Source: Setoptus koraiensis (taxonomy: Eukaryota > Animalia > Arthropoda). From it: a DNA stretch of 64,000 nt. This document shows, piece by piece, positions 45,801-59,905 of the stretch. Under the pieces are notes generated by a model that worked only from the letters and a program-made list of their open reading frames with translations, was not told the DNA's origin and ran no database searches. Every line of letters begins with the position of its first letter. Positions within the stretch are counted from its first letter, which is position 1. The stretch lies in assembly GCA_048013815.1 (NCBI GenBank), contig CM106585.1:3596001-3660000 (forward strand). The letters are read 5' to 3'. Made by a program: the position numbers and the translations under genes.

Positions 45801-48800
45801 ACTGCTGAAATATCGACACTGCTGCTGCTGGCGTCGAGACCTAAGCGAGCGAGCGAGCGAGCGCTAAGAGAAAAGAATGAGTATATGTAAAATGGCAAAA
45901 CCTCATCAAAGTTCACGACAATAAAAACCCTGAACCTGCCGCAACGACGAATTGTGCAGCAGCAGCAGCAGCAGTCGCCTACGAACGAGCTGCTGCAGAA
46001 TTCGAATGCGCTGCCGTTCGCAACACACACACACAAGACAGTCCGTTGCATGTTACGTAAGCTCTCTTACAAGTCAGCTCACCTGTTGGTTGGTGCACAC
46101 GATGCGGCGGCGCATTGTCGACATGGTCGTATCAACATAAACGCAGGCTGCACATTATACGGCCACTGCTAGTGAAAATCGGCACCGACAACAACGACAA
46201 CAGCGACATCAGCGACAACGGCATGTGGTCATGGTCTTCATTTCACATTGTCAATGAATAGAGACAAACAGTAAAATCAGCAATTCATGTGACATTATCC
46301 ATCCATTGTGTTGGCTCTGCATGCCTCTCTATGTATCTGTTGGCTGTATGGTAAAGTCAAAGCGAGTTAAGTTCAATTTGTCAGCCGTACAATGCAGCTA
46401 TCAGCTCAACGTGTATATTTGTTTGTGTATGTCCATTCACCTGTTGCCGGCGCCGCCGTTGTGAGTGGTGTCGCTCGCTAAGTTTGTTGCCTAACAAGTA
46501 AGTGCATAATACCTGGCTAGTGTACTGTTTGAGGGGGGGGGGCAGCAAGCCAGCCAAAGCAGCCAATGGCTAGCGTGCTCGAGGGGGGGGGGGAAGGGAC
46601 ACGCAACAATAATATATAGTACATAATAATAATAGTGACCGCCTAGTTACGTAACACTCTATTATAAACACACAACACAGTGTTAGCTTGTTGGTGTCCA
46701 ATGATGCTTACGCTTCGTCTATTCTTGCTATTGCCCTATCAAAACTGATTCACTCCCACAACCGGCCGGCCACAGGTAACACAGGTGAATGAGTGGACCA
46801 AATGAGTTGAATAACAACACAACCAGTAACAAATGGAAAGCACTTGGTGAACTCGTCGGTGGCTTGTTGTTGTTGTTGTTGTTTGTCGTTGCTTTCTCCA
46901 GACATTTATCAATCACATTTTCAATGGACGATCCACTCGATAGGATCGCGCACAGCAGCAGCCACAACCGTTCAAGTTGCCAGTTCAAAGTCAGTGTAGA
47001 TTGAAATTGGAAAAAGAGTTTTAATTGCAGCCGGCGGCCCAACGCGCAAATCAATTGGACACCGAAAAGAAGAATCAAATATCCAGTTTGGTCAGTTGTT
47101 ATTTTCAATTGTTTCAATTCTCTCATTTGCAAACACACAAATCAGTCGCAGCTCGCAGCTCGCAACCAATCACATGCGCGAGCCCGTGAACACAACAAAC
47201 TTGACAGCAACAATAATTTAATTGTTGATTAGCAATTTTTCAAAGTAATATTTTCACAGTTATTGTGTTGGAGATCAACAATACAACAACAGCAGCAGCA
47301 ACAACAATGAAACCAAACGACCGTCCGCAAGTCATCACGTGATTGTTGAATGTCACAAGCGCCCTGAGAAAATAAATTGCAACCAAATCAAGTGGCCAGT
47401 TCAGCGAAACAAACTCCAAGAATATGACCATCAACAAGGCTAAATCACAACAACAAAACTATTATGATAATAACTATCCTCACTATGATCACAAACAAAC
47501 ATAATGTCACAAACAGCAAACTGTAACCTTTAAAGCGACCCCGGCAAAGACTCACCTACACCTGTTATATCTGTTATGTCATTATGATTGGTAAGTTGCC
47601 TAATTAGTTTCTATTAATTAGATAAAATGTTATCTGTTGCACGTTGTTATCATTTTATCGTTTATGCGCTGACCCGAGTGACTCAACTTTTGTGCTCGCT
47701 GATTCTGGGCAAAGTTTAAAAAATGTCCGCCGTGATCATGACGATCGTTTATCGTTGAGAAAACTCTTAACCAACGCGATTATCAAAGACCATTTCTCAA
47801 CAATAAAAGACGCCAACTATATAGACTAGACTATACAATAATAATCGTCTGGCAATGGTGTCGTTAATTAAAGTCGTGATCTAAACGATTCATCATTTTT
47901 TGTTAATGTCCGATCAGGCGAGCGATAATCATGCCTTTACATGTACCTTATCTTGCTGAGAACGATAATTGATATTAAAGAACATAATTCGTTTGCACTT
48001 GTGTGTCCATTGGTTTATCCTTCTGCGTTTAAACTGTGCTCGTTGGATAAGATTATTGTCGTTATTGGGACTGTGAGCGAGCGATCAACGAGAACAGTTT
48101 GATTTGATTAACTGCCACCACGCTGAAATCACACATTAAAGTGCGTTATGTCCCATTGAACGACACGGACCATTAGCATTTAATGAGACTCACTCAACAC
48201 TTGTTGCTGCTCTGGTTATTTGCTTCCGGCAAATGTCTGCAAAAAAGTGTGTAAGTGCTCGCGTGTGCGCCTTGCTTTGCATGACAAGTGTTGAAAGAGA
48301 TTTATTTTTCACAAACAATTGGAATCACAAATCAAATTTAAGGCTGACCACTGACGCAAGCGCGCAGTATTATTTTGTTTTATCTGGCTAGTGTGTGTGT
48401 GTCTGGCCAGAATAAATCACACACACGCACATAACTATGATAAATTTGAATAGTTTTGAGAGGTAGATGAGATGGAACAAGCTGATAAATTTATGCTAAT
48501 TGAATGTGCCTTGTTTGTGTGTGTGCGATGAAAATAACCAAACCGGGCAAACTTCATCTAACAAGCGGCTACATGGCAGATCAAGTTGGGTGCTCGCTTG
48601 TTATATCATTATGTTGTTATTATATATGGCACTGGTAGTAACTGCTAATTAAAAATGCCAGCTAGAATAACATGCATACATACATAATGTTATAGCGTAC
48701 AATTGATCTATTTGTTATGTAATCGTGTCGCTGTGAGAGCGAAAGCGTGTGATTGTATTTGATCAAGATCAGACTATATGGTCAAGAGATAATAGAAGAG

Positions 48801-51800
48801 ACAGGGAGACAGACATAGAGAGAGGGAGAGAGGAAAGAAAGGAAAAGCGCATAGAAAGAAACAGGGAAAAGATTAATCTCTTTTAGAAAAAATTAATCTC
48901 TCCGGCCATAGTGTTGTTGTTGTTGTTGTGATGATATTTTGCTGGCTCGCCAAATTGAAACTCCCACATAAACATAAACGCATACACATACGCAGATAAT
49001 AAATATAAACAAATGTTGCTGTTGTTTGCGTTAGCTTCCTAGAACACACAAGTAGTTAATGTTGCTTACAATTGTTGGTCATTATTAGTCGCCGTTCACC
49101 GGAACAAGGAGAACTGAGCGCAACAACAACGACTTTAAATTCATTTCTTCAGCACACAATGCTAGTGGCAGAGAATCGTCATCGTCGTCGCCGGCCATTA
49201 TTCTCGCTTTATTTCCTATCTCATCAAGTGATAAGTTATCTAAGAGGAAATTGAATATCCTCTCAAGTTTTGTCCTGTTTGGCCTCTTGCTCGGCTCGGC
49301 GCGGCTCGTTTCGTCTCTTTTGGCGTCGTTTAGCTCAGCGTTTGTTTGTTTTTCTTTATTATTTATTGCGACACACAAACTGACACAGCCACTTTCACAA
49401 AGATCCGCAGCGAGCCCTCGAATTGGATTTTCTGCGTACCATCTCAACACACAACAACATCGCGAAATGGCTAGCCAGAGAAGGGCGATTAAGGGCTGGC
49501 GATGATGATGATGATGGCGATCGTGCCATGACTTATCGGCGGGCTTCTTCACCGTTAATAAACAACGATTAATCATTTCTCGCTGCTGCAGTTGTTGTTG
49601 TACTCGCCTTGTGAGAGCAGCCCAAATAGATGATGCAATAACATCAACAACAACATACACACACACACACATTTAGCTGTCTGTTGTATGGCTGCAAATC
49701 GATATATTGAGCGTACAATTACGAATTACAAATCGGTTCAATTGGAAGTTGGAAATTGCCCGTCCGAACTGAATCGATCGATCGGCGCAAACTTGCATTT
49801 GTGTGCGAGTGTCTGTGTGTTGATTGATTGAAATGATTCATTTCTCTGTCCGTTTTCCACTAACGGTTTGTTTGGCTGTCTCGACCGTATTCCGGCCATC
49901 ATTTGGCTACTTAATGATGGCCGCCACAACCAGTGTGTGTGTGTGTGCCTCGAGCCAGCTCGTCTAGCTTGCCGGATTGTGTGTTCGCCTACTGCTGTTA
50001 ACCTGTTAACCTGGCGATTGGTGCCTCCATCCGGCCACCACTAAAACTATTAAAACTGTCCAAGCGGACAAACAAGCGAACAAATGGCTCGCAAGACAAC
50101 AGACGATATTCAACTAGATGAATATTAAATAAATTGCAATTCTCTCATTATTGTTGTTATTATTTGTTTTGGCGATGCCAAAGAGACAGCAGCAACAACA
50201 GCAGCAACAATCAACATCCGGCGCCGCATATCTGCAAATGCAAATCTGTGGCTGTTGTTGGTGTTGGCGTCACAACAGTTTCATGCGCACTTATATAAAT
50301 AACTGTTGTTTGGCGAGACTCTTGATAGTGAGAGTAGTTGCGCCAATTTTGGTGCACAGATAGCGGTTGGCTAGCCCACGTAAACGACACACCAACGACT
50401 AGATGGACCTGTTGCTGTTGCCGTCGTAAGTGTGGTTGCTATATACAATGACGGCACACAATACGGCTGGATACACAAATGGATTTAGTGTGGGCTTCCT
50501 GGGTGCTCTACTTTTGCCACTCTTGTGCTTCTTCGGCTCCTTCGGCCGGCCGGCCGGCCGGCGAGATGCTTATCTCCCATCGAGAGGCTGCTCGCTTCAC
50601 TTTCGGGCCGGCGATCTCGATGAATTATCGCTGCTCCTCTGGCTAGTTGTCGCTGGAGAGTTTGTGCCAGCGCAACACTCGCTCTCGGCCACTATTGGCT
50701 CGCTGCGAAATACACACACACACACACACGAAATGTATATACGAAACTCATATGGAGTATGCGAAATAAATGCGGAATATACGCAATATTTCATCGGCAA
50801 TATTTCATCGGCAATATGTATGCGGCAATATATGCGGCAATGCGACGAGGCAGCCTAAATGAGAGGACGAAATAGTGGACGAGATCGAGCGGAGGAGTGG
50901 AAGCAAAACAACAACAGGAAGCCGGCCGCCGATACACGCGACCGGCTCACTTATCGCCCGGCCGGCGATGCCACTAGACTCTAGTGACTAGAGATAACAA
51001 TCGTGCAATCATTAGCGCCTCATAACGGCAAAGCCAGTAATAACCAGTAATGGCTAATGACCATAGTTAGCGGCGCTATAACGATAATGATTTCGACCGA
51101 ACGATGATGGCCGAATGAAAATTAATAACAATCGATTAATTATACGCTCGCATCGTTCGATTGAACCGCCTAAAACCACTCCAACGGCGACCAACATGCC
51201 CCTATCCCCGTCAGCTATTTACCGTTGCCGGCAGTACGATGTTTCGTGGCCGCTGTTGGCAGAAAAGAAGCCTGCGAGAAGCCACCGAGAAGAGCCAGAT
51301 ATTCGAGCTGGCCCGTCTGTTGGACCAAGGCAAGCGCACTGTCTAGCCGCGAGGATGAAACAACGCAATTATGCACGCGATTACCCAAACGGCAACGGCC
51401 AAAACAATGACTCGTCACAACAATATTGTTGCAACCACTCTCATTTGGGTCGTGTGTCAGTATTGAATGTTGCGTAACAGGGAATTAGGAATTATCGAAA
51501 ATGGACCTGTAGTTGTTGTTGTTGTTGTTGCTGCTGCGGTTGTTGCGGGCGATGGCGTCAATATTGTTGCCGGGATTGTTGCCATGATGATGATGTTTAT
51601 CGGTGTGAGATTTAGTTCAAACGAGATTCGCCACAGTCAACAACAATCATTCAAACTCTCAACACGTTTCAGCATCATTATTCAACACTATTCAGTTGAA
51701 TGGATCATTGTTCAATTGTCTAAATTGTAGATGGATGCTAATTTCGATTGTGTGTGTGTGTGTGTGTGTGTGTAGGTGTGCTATTATGGATATTATCGCC

Positions 51801-54184
51801 TTTTGTCTTCACCTTTCGCTTTTTATTCCAATTGGTGGCTTCAGATTGAGAGTGCCGCCACGGCCGCTCATTGGCAAGCGCGCGTCAGAGTTTGAAGTTA
51901 TCAAGACAGAGATAAATTGAAACTGAAAAGTGTTAAAAGCCAGTTGAAACAAAGCAATTCTTTTCTAATTGTCTGTGTTCGCCTAATAATAAGCCCCACA
52001 TCCCATGACTATGCATATCATATCATGGATTAGCTGGCATGGATCATGGATGAGCGATGATGAAAACTCTGTTAGCTTGTTTGCAATCATTTCTCCCTCT
52101 CTCATTCTCTCATCAAACTAACTAATTTTGCCAGGCGAGCAGCACATGAGCCAATCGCTTGTGTGCTTGTGTGACTTAATGACCAGCATTATCTTATCTA
52201 ATCTTATTTATCTTGATTTGCGCCAACTGATTGGCGCATGAAGCAACTGTACTAATCGCCTTACAAAACATACAGATATGAGATGCTTGCATATAACAAG
52301 ACAGATCTCGTTACTTGATACGAGTTAAAACAGTTAGCACATTTAAAGCATTTACAACAACAACAAAAAGAAAGCGTCTGACCGGAAGTTGGGGTCAAGC
52401 AGTAAAGTGTGTCGTTTTGGTTGAGTCACTTGTTTATCTGTTTGTTTACGCAAGTGTCTGTCTCAGTTCAGAGACAAGTGTCTGTGTTCAGAGACAAGTG
52501 TGTGAGATAATTTATCTGGCATTTATTCATCGGTTTGATGCAATGTGTGTGCAGTATGCATCAGTCACTGATTATCAACGGCAGCCGCTCATGAACAGAG
52601 ACAAACAATGATCAGATAAAGGGTGATTATCAACTACATGTTGTGTTTGTTTGTATTGATTGTGGCCGGCGCCAGCGTTGACAAACATCTCCTGACTATT
52701 GACCTATTTGATAGGTTACATAACAGCAGGCTAATATGCATGAGTAGTCACTTGAAGCGACCCGATTGAGTTTGTTTGGCGCGCCAATGGGCAAACAAAC
52801 TCAATTTTAAATTGTCTCACTGATTGTTGTTTGTTGTTTACTTTTTGCGCTTTTAGGGCACAAAACAAGTGCCCAATGGCTGCAAATTGCAGTATCATCT
52901 TGGAAGCGACAGTTGCAGAGATAAATGTTGTGATGACCGTTACGGCAGCTTGCGAGCCGGCGAGCCGGCGATGAAGAAGTGACATTGTTTCGAATCGAGG
53001 TCACAGCCGTTGATTGATTGTTGATCGTTCATTGGACTGTGCATTTGCATACAAATTGCGCAAACTTATTATTATATCATATGCATACAATACTACTAAT
53101 ACTAATATTACTATATTAATATTGTATGCATAGGCATGGGCCAGCGTACAAATAATAGTATTTGTAAATAGCAAACAGACAGATCGATCATGCAATCATC
53201 ATTACGAGAGCTAATGAATGTTGTTGTTTGCATCATGTTAATATATCTCAATCACAAGCTGTTGTAGTTTGAGTTGTTTGCAGTGGTGGCAGGGGTTGTT
53301 GCAGTGGTTGTCGTTGCGGCTTTTGTTCGCCAACAACAACACCAAGCGATAAAACTGAGTTGCGACCTGTTGCGAGTGCGGCTGGCACCACGGTCATGAC
53401 CAAGCAGTTAGCAGTTGGCAGTTAGTGGCCGGTGATGGGCATCATGAAAAGGTTAATTTATGGTTGTGCCAGTGAGAAGCGGGCGTTATTTTTCATTTGC
53501 GGCGCCATTGACTGGCCGACGCTTCCGCTTCCATTTGGCTCTTATTTGGCTCTCGTTTGGCTTCCATCGGGCTTCCATCGGGCTTCCATCGGACTTCCAT
53601 TGGGCCTTTATTCGGCCTGTATTGTGCTTCCATTTGGCCGTTTGGCCGCTCGGCCACTTGGCGCTTCATCATCGCCTGAGATTGTTTGCATCGGCGTACA
53701 GGCAAGAATGCATGCAAACAGACCAGTAACTGCAACTCTTTAGTGCGCTGCTCAATCAACTCGAGACTCTCGAGTCGAGAGTCGCCACTGGAGCGCACTG
53801 CATCGTGCATACCCGGCCAAGTGATTATCGGCACTGACAGGTGATGAATTTGGCCAAACTGTCTTGCCTTGGTCCAGTTAAAGTTGCTTGTCACTCGAGG
53901 CGGCCATCGGTTGGCCGGTCGGCCGGTTGGCTGGCGAGCCAGCGCAAACAGGCCGCCAGCAAACAAACTAATGTGTGCAGTTGATTAAAAAAAGCTAAAA
54001 AACTGTCAGTGTCCCTTTGCTGGCTCGGCGGCTATCAGCGGCAACAAGTGGCCACAAGTGGACAGACACAAATTGCGCCAACTTGCGCCACAACCAGCGG
54101 CAAACATTTATATGCAGCGAATAGTGTGTCGTGTGTGTAGCGTATAGTGGGAGTACTCTTGCGGCGGACTAACGGCTGTGAATG

Positions 54185-54873
54185 TTGCATAACTGCACCG
54201 AGCATGACGTGGCCAGTGAGTGATGGCGATCGTCATGAGGTGAGACGACACTCGACAAAAGAGAGACAAGCCACAAGCGGCGAGCGAGCCAGCGAGATAG
54301 CGAGATGGCGAGAGAGCGAGATAGCGAGAAAATGGCGGAAAATGGCAGAAAAGAAGCAGAAAAGAAGCAGAAAAGAGGCAGAAAAGAGCTGGCATGAGCT
54401 TGCGCAAAATGGTGGCCCTCAAACAGCACACACAGTGTCTCGTCCGATGGCAGTGACGGTGAGCGCATGATAGCGACGAGCGAGCAACGAGCCAGTTTAT
54501 TGATGCGACCAGACCGACAACAACTGCCCATCCCGACGCCTATTAGTGGCACAAGATAATGATCGCTGTCCAGCTGGCCGGCAGCGTCGGACGGGCCGGC
54601 CGGGCGAGCGGCCAATAGGCGGCCGGCGGGTCGGCCCTTCGAACGTTGCGAGCGCGAACGTTGCGAGCGCGAACCTTCCGAGAGCGAACGTTCGAACGTT
54701 CGAACGTTCGGCCGGCCGATCGGCAGCCAAGCGAGCAGCAATAATTGTGCGCTGCTTTGTCGTGGCTCGAGTCTCGCGAATGCCTCGAATCTGTCCAGTG
54801 TCGGCGTCGCCAGCCTTGTGAGCGGTCTCAGCCGTTCATTCAACCGCCGCCGCTACTACCCACTGAACATCTG

Positions 54874-54947
<74 letters not shown>

Positions 54948-55557
54948 CACACGGAACATTGTTGTTACATAATACATTGTCTTGGCGCCAGTCGGCTCGT
55001 TGTTGCACTGGCAACTGTGGCCAGAGCAGCATTTAGCCGTGTAACTCACATGATATAAGTCGCCTATGAGTCATATGGCGACCATGTAAGCGGGCTGAGA
55101 AATAAATATGCCCAATATGCTCGCAGCGGCCAATTTGTCGGAATTTGCGGCCGCACTGGCCAGAGCGGTCACAGCGAGCGCACTGGCCGCGCTTGTCGGA
55201 CCGGCCGCACTGGCCGAAGCGGCTCAGTGGCGGAGAAATGGAAGAGTTGCGCAAAATCATATCATCATCGGCATCGATTCTCGACAACAACAACAACAGC
55301 AACAGCAGCAACAACAACAACAGCAGCAGCAACAACGAGCAACAATGCATGCTTTGCAAACAACTTTTGGCAACAACTGGCAGTAGATCAATAGTGCATG
55401 AACTTGACATGACTGACATCGCATCGCTGACCGGCTATTCTGAGCCTGCCAGCGAGTCGGCCAAACATGCCCGATCCGACACGGAAATGATTGATTCCAC
55501 TGTCTGTTGTTCGCCTGTCATCGATAATAACGAGCAAACGTTGCTCTCGTCGGCGAC

Positions 55558-55654
<97 letters not shown>

Positions 55655-56333
55655 TTGTTGCTGCTGCTGTTGTTGCTGTTGTTGTTGTTGCTGTTGTTGT
55701 TAGTGCGTGGATGCGATGATGCAACATGACAATAACAATATTTATCTTGTTTGTTTGCTATTCTCACCAGCAAATCGCGCGCAAACCAGTAGCGATCAGC
55801 AACTGGCCACACTCCATATACGGCCACATACATGCCAATAAACACGCCGAGCATCGCAAGACAAGTTTGCAATTTGAATTCTCATTGTTTTCAAAACGCT
55901 CCGCCGCGATGCCGATGAACTTGACCACTGCGGACACACTGGCCACTGGTCAGCGCAATCTGCGTCGTTGTTGATGTTGCTGTTGTTGCCGTTGCTGTTG
56001 TCGTTGTTGTTGTTGCCGTCGACAGCGACGACAGCGCAACAGCAACAACGCTGCTGAGGCGTGCATATGACTCTATCGTGGAGCATATTTTATATTTGCG
56101 GCCTGACTGGCGAGCCGAAAATCAAGTCACAGCGTCTGGCCGAGCACACGACACGACAAAAGAGCGACTGGCGAAAATTAATGAACCAAAACTTGATGAC
56201 TTGTTGCGTAACGAGGTACAACAATCAATTTTCTTTTAGTATTTTGCCGCAACCGTTCGCTACCTTCACAAGTTGCTTGCACTGGCCAGCGCCGAGTGAT
56301 CAGCTGAGCGAGGCAAGCCTTAATTAGTTTTCA
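54185..56333 (-). other. Duplicated ~2.2-kb non-coding unit, copy B (inverted paralog of 27065-29280)
   Basis: Reverse complement carries the same ordered blocks as copy A, including TATAAAA (56088-56094) and AATAAA (54496-54501). Intervening microsatellites differ: (CA)n, (CTGTTG)n, (CGAACGTT)n. Confidence 0.85.
55557..55701. repeat. (CTGTTG)n/(TTG)n microsatellite
   Basis: Read directly; produces the poly-L, poly-C, poly-TA and poly-NS ORFs in the track. Confidence 0.95.
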
Positions 56334-57379
56334 TCGTTCAACACACACGACGCTGGTCTATGAGTGACAGTTGCAACTTGCCACTGGCTGTGATTTTAAA
56401 TGTGTCCAATTGGCACAATTTTGACATTTGTACTGACATTGCACTGACACTCACATTGTCAATGGGCTTGTTGTCTGTAAACTGCTGTCAAGTTGTAATT
56501 AGATGTCCTGTCCACTTTCATGCATCTCGCATTGGCGCTTGCTCACTGCACCAATGGCCACAACAACAATCCAATTGCTGACATTTGTCGGATATCTGCC
56601 AGATATGAAATGATCTGACCAAAGCTGGCCACATTAGTGCCGTACGCACCTGACCATGCCATTGCTGCTACTGGCAATTTGTCTATGGCGATTCCTCTGT
56701 GATTTTGTTGTTTGTTGGCCTTGTTTGTTTGGCGTGCACAAACAAACAAACAAGGCCAACAACAACAGGTATGCAACAGGTACAAGAGAGCGGAAACTGC
56801 CCAACAGCGGCCGATCCGTGCCTCTGGTGGCTCGATGTATGACACGGCATGATTAGCTTATTATCATTACCAACTAATTATAATCGTGGCGGTTGTTTGG
56901 TTGGGTTAGTGGCCGAACGATGGCGTCATTACATTACATTATTATTATCATTATTATTATCATTATTATTATCATTATTATTATTGCAAGCAGCAAAATT
57001 TTCTTCATTTTCTCTTCAATTTTTCGCCATCGCCATCGTGAACTATCAGCTGTTATGTGTTATTATATTTTTATTATTAAAATGATGATGGTCATGATGG
57101 TATTATCCTTAGTATTCATTGGATTTTTGTGAGCTCACATCGGGCATGTGAGCTCCGACACTCTAAAATAAGTGCATTGTGGATGATGATTTCGCACCAA
57201 TAACAAGCCGCTCGCAACAACGGCAAGCTCAATCAATTCGCGCTCAGTCTCCCAATTAGAGCCCGGCTGGCAGTGACTCGTGAGTTATATATTACATATT
57301 ACATAATACATATGAGTAGTATGAGTAGTTGCCTGATGAGTAAAGGCCACACTGTGCCCTGTAACACCAATGCGCTCTC

Positions 57380-57438
57380 TCATACAATCGTATGATCATA
57401 CAATCGTATGATCATCCAGTCGTATGATCATCCAGTCG
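57380..57438. repeat. 16-bp tandem repeat (CATACAATCGTATGAT / CATCCAGTCGTATGAT), ~4 copies
   Basis: Read directly. Confidence 0.85.
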
Positions 57439-58488
57439 TTGTCGAGCCAAATAGAGAGATCGCGCGCTGAGAATTGGCAATTTCCGACCAGAATTGGCAG
57501 CCGGCTTATGGAGATATTTTCTCATATATTCTCATTTCTCGTTTGCGGAGGCAATAACAATAACAAGGGCTGTCTGTATTGGCCGCCGAAATGGCCAGGT
57601 GAAGGTTTGCGCGGATGAATCGCCAAATAGCGCAAAGAGCTGATATGTTTGGATAACAAGCGAGGGGAAGTTGTAATGTGTCCGTTGCAAAAGTCATGCT
57701 GCAGGCGAGCGTGATTCGTCCATTCTGACGGCCGTTCTCGTCCACTCGACCGCTCAACATATATATTATATGCGACGGCGAAAAAGAAATTTTTTGCCTC
57801 TTCTTTTCGTCGTTCGGATCGCTTTTAATCCCGAAGAGTCCGCTCATAATGCCGCGGCAACTGCTACCGCTGCCGCTGCTGCATAATAAACATAATTACA
57901 CAACATGCACTATGCAACCTGTTGTTGCCGCTGCTGTTGTTGCCGTTGTTGTTGCTGCCGCTGCTGTTGTTGCCGTTGTTGTTGTCGCTGCCGTGTTGTG
58001 TTGTTCGGCTACGTTTTCGGTTCGCCTAATGACACAAATCCAACACACCAGACACATAATTCCCAGTTCGACTGAGATAATGCGCTGACTTTGCATTGGC
58101 AATCTTGCAATTCCTCAATTGGACAGCCAGTTAGCTTGTCAGTCAAGTAACGGTTTGCCAGTCATTCTGAATACTGTGCACACACATACATACGGTGATA
58201 CTACGGTCGTATTATACGGTGCAAACTGGCCGACTGGACAACGATCATTATTAGCAAGTTGCAGCATCATTAGTTGCAAGCTCCTAACTTGTCCACTCCT
58301 AATTATCATCGAGACTCATTGCATAATGGTCCGGCCAATTACAGAGTGTGTCGCCTCCTAAACTTTCTCGCTGCCGCCTCGTAGCCTGGCCAACGACGCC
58401 AGCGTACAACTGGACCGGAAAAGCATGCAGTCAGCGTTGGTAGTGGCCTCATTGGTATCATTGTTTGGCCGACAACAGCAGCAGCTTA

Positions 58489-58621
58489 ACTGGCCAGCAA
58501 CTGGCCGGCAACTGGCCAGCAACTGACCAGCAACTGACCAGCAACTGACCAGCAACTGACCAGCAAATGGCCGGCAACTGGCCAGCAACTGGCCGGCGAC
58601 TAGCCGGCGACTAGCCGCCAA
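58489..58621. repeat. 11-bp tandem repeat (ACTGGCCAGCA / ACTGACCAGCA), ~11 degenerate copies
   Basis: Read directly. Confidence 0.85.
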
Positions 58622-59905
58622 CTGGAGGCTAATTCAATCAGCGATCAATGATTAACATGATCGATTTCGTTTGCTCTCGTCTCGCCATGCACTGTTAGCA
58701 TTAGTGAGTTAGCGGTCAATTATGTCATTGTTGTCCGCTCACTCGTGTCCGCTCATTCAACGGCCTGCGCACAGGTGAGCTGGCGACCAGGTGAGCAGCT
58801 TGTAGGTGGCTGTAATCAGTGCAATGGCATTAGTAAATTAATTGTAGCCGCCAATTCAATTGCGATCACCAACAAAAGTCCCAGTTGCAAAGTTTGATTT
58901 GCACTTGTCGTGGCACTGTTGTCACCGGCCATTTACAGGTGTGACCACTCTGTGCTATTGATCTGCACAGTTGCCAGCAGTTGACCTGTGTCCTGTTTAC
59001 CTATCGCTGCTTGTTTGTGTGTGCTGGCTATTAGCGGAAGTGGTTCCTTTTACTGCTACTGTTGCTGCTTACCAAATGTGAAAGTTATGCTGAAAGTTGA
59101 TACAAACATCAATTGTTGTATTTTGCTGCTGATTAACTTGTATATCAGCAGCAGCTTATATGGCTTGGCACTGGCAACAATACAATGGTAAATAGATGCA
59201 ATTGAATGCCAGACGATATATTATAATATCACTGCTGAATCTGCTCAATTCGTTTCAAACTTTTGTACTTTCTAACAGCGAGTGAGTGCTCAAGGCTGCA
59301 ACTATTCAAATTACGCAACACAAACACATTAATTCAATGCCCGATCTAATGTAATGTGCCGCTGATATTCGATAGGAAGACGCAACTTATTCAATAACAA
59401 CAATCGCCTAGAGAGAAATTTCTCTCTTACCTGTTTCACCCTGCTTTACAACTGTTGGCTCGCCGGTCGTGTCTCACTGTCTAGAAAATCACTTTGGTGT
59501 GTCTATGTCAACTAATGGCGGTTAGACAGTAGTTGCGTGCTGCAACTAAATTTGTATCATTTTCTCTTATTTGTCTCGATTTGATTAGATTATCGCACGA
59601 GTGCATGCACTATCATTGCTTTATCTTCATTCGCAATTCTAATTAAATTATATGACAGCATTACATTTACATTTAAGTAAATTTTAATTTCGTAATCATT
59701 GCGTCTCACTACACAGTGGCGCCATCTTGAGTCACCAAAGTCACGATACTTGTCTGAAATTTTCATGAAAGCTGGTTTATTCGGCCGCCGCTTACTAATT
59801 ATTGATTATTCTCTTATTCTTCTTCTTTATCATTCTTCTTCATCATGCATCGCTTGCATAATTGATTGTTTCCAACTGCCAATCAACTGTTTCAACTATA
59901 CATAG

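Noticed and set aside
55033-55729. 128-194-aa ORFs on both strands with poly-L tracts mimicking signal or TM segments
   Set aside because: Produced by CTGTTG/TTG microsatellites; the frames are broken in the paralogous copy A.
57642-57662. TGATATGTTTG, matching the 5' end of miR-190 as I recall it
   Set aside because: No star arm downstream and the remainder mismatches.
57506-57847. 113-aa ATG ORF (MSGLFGIKSDPNDEKKRQK...)
   Set aside because: No recognisable homology, competing open frames on the other strand and no splice support. It could still be an unrecognised exon but cannot be supported.
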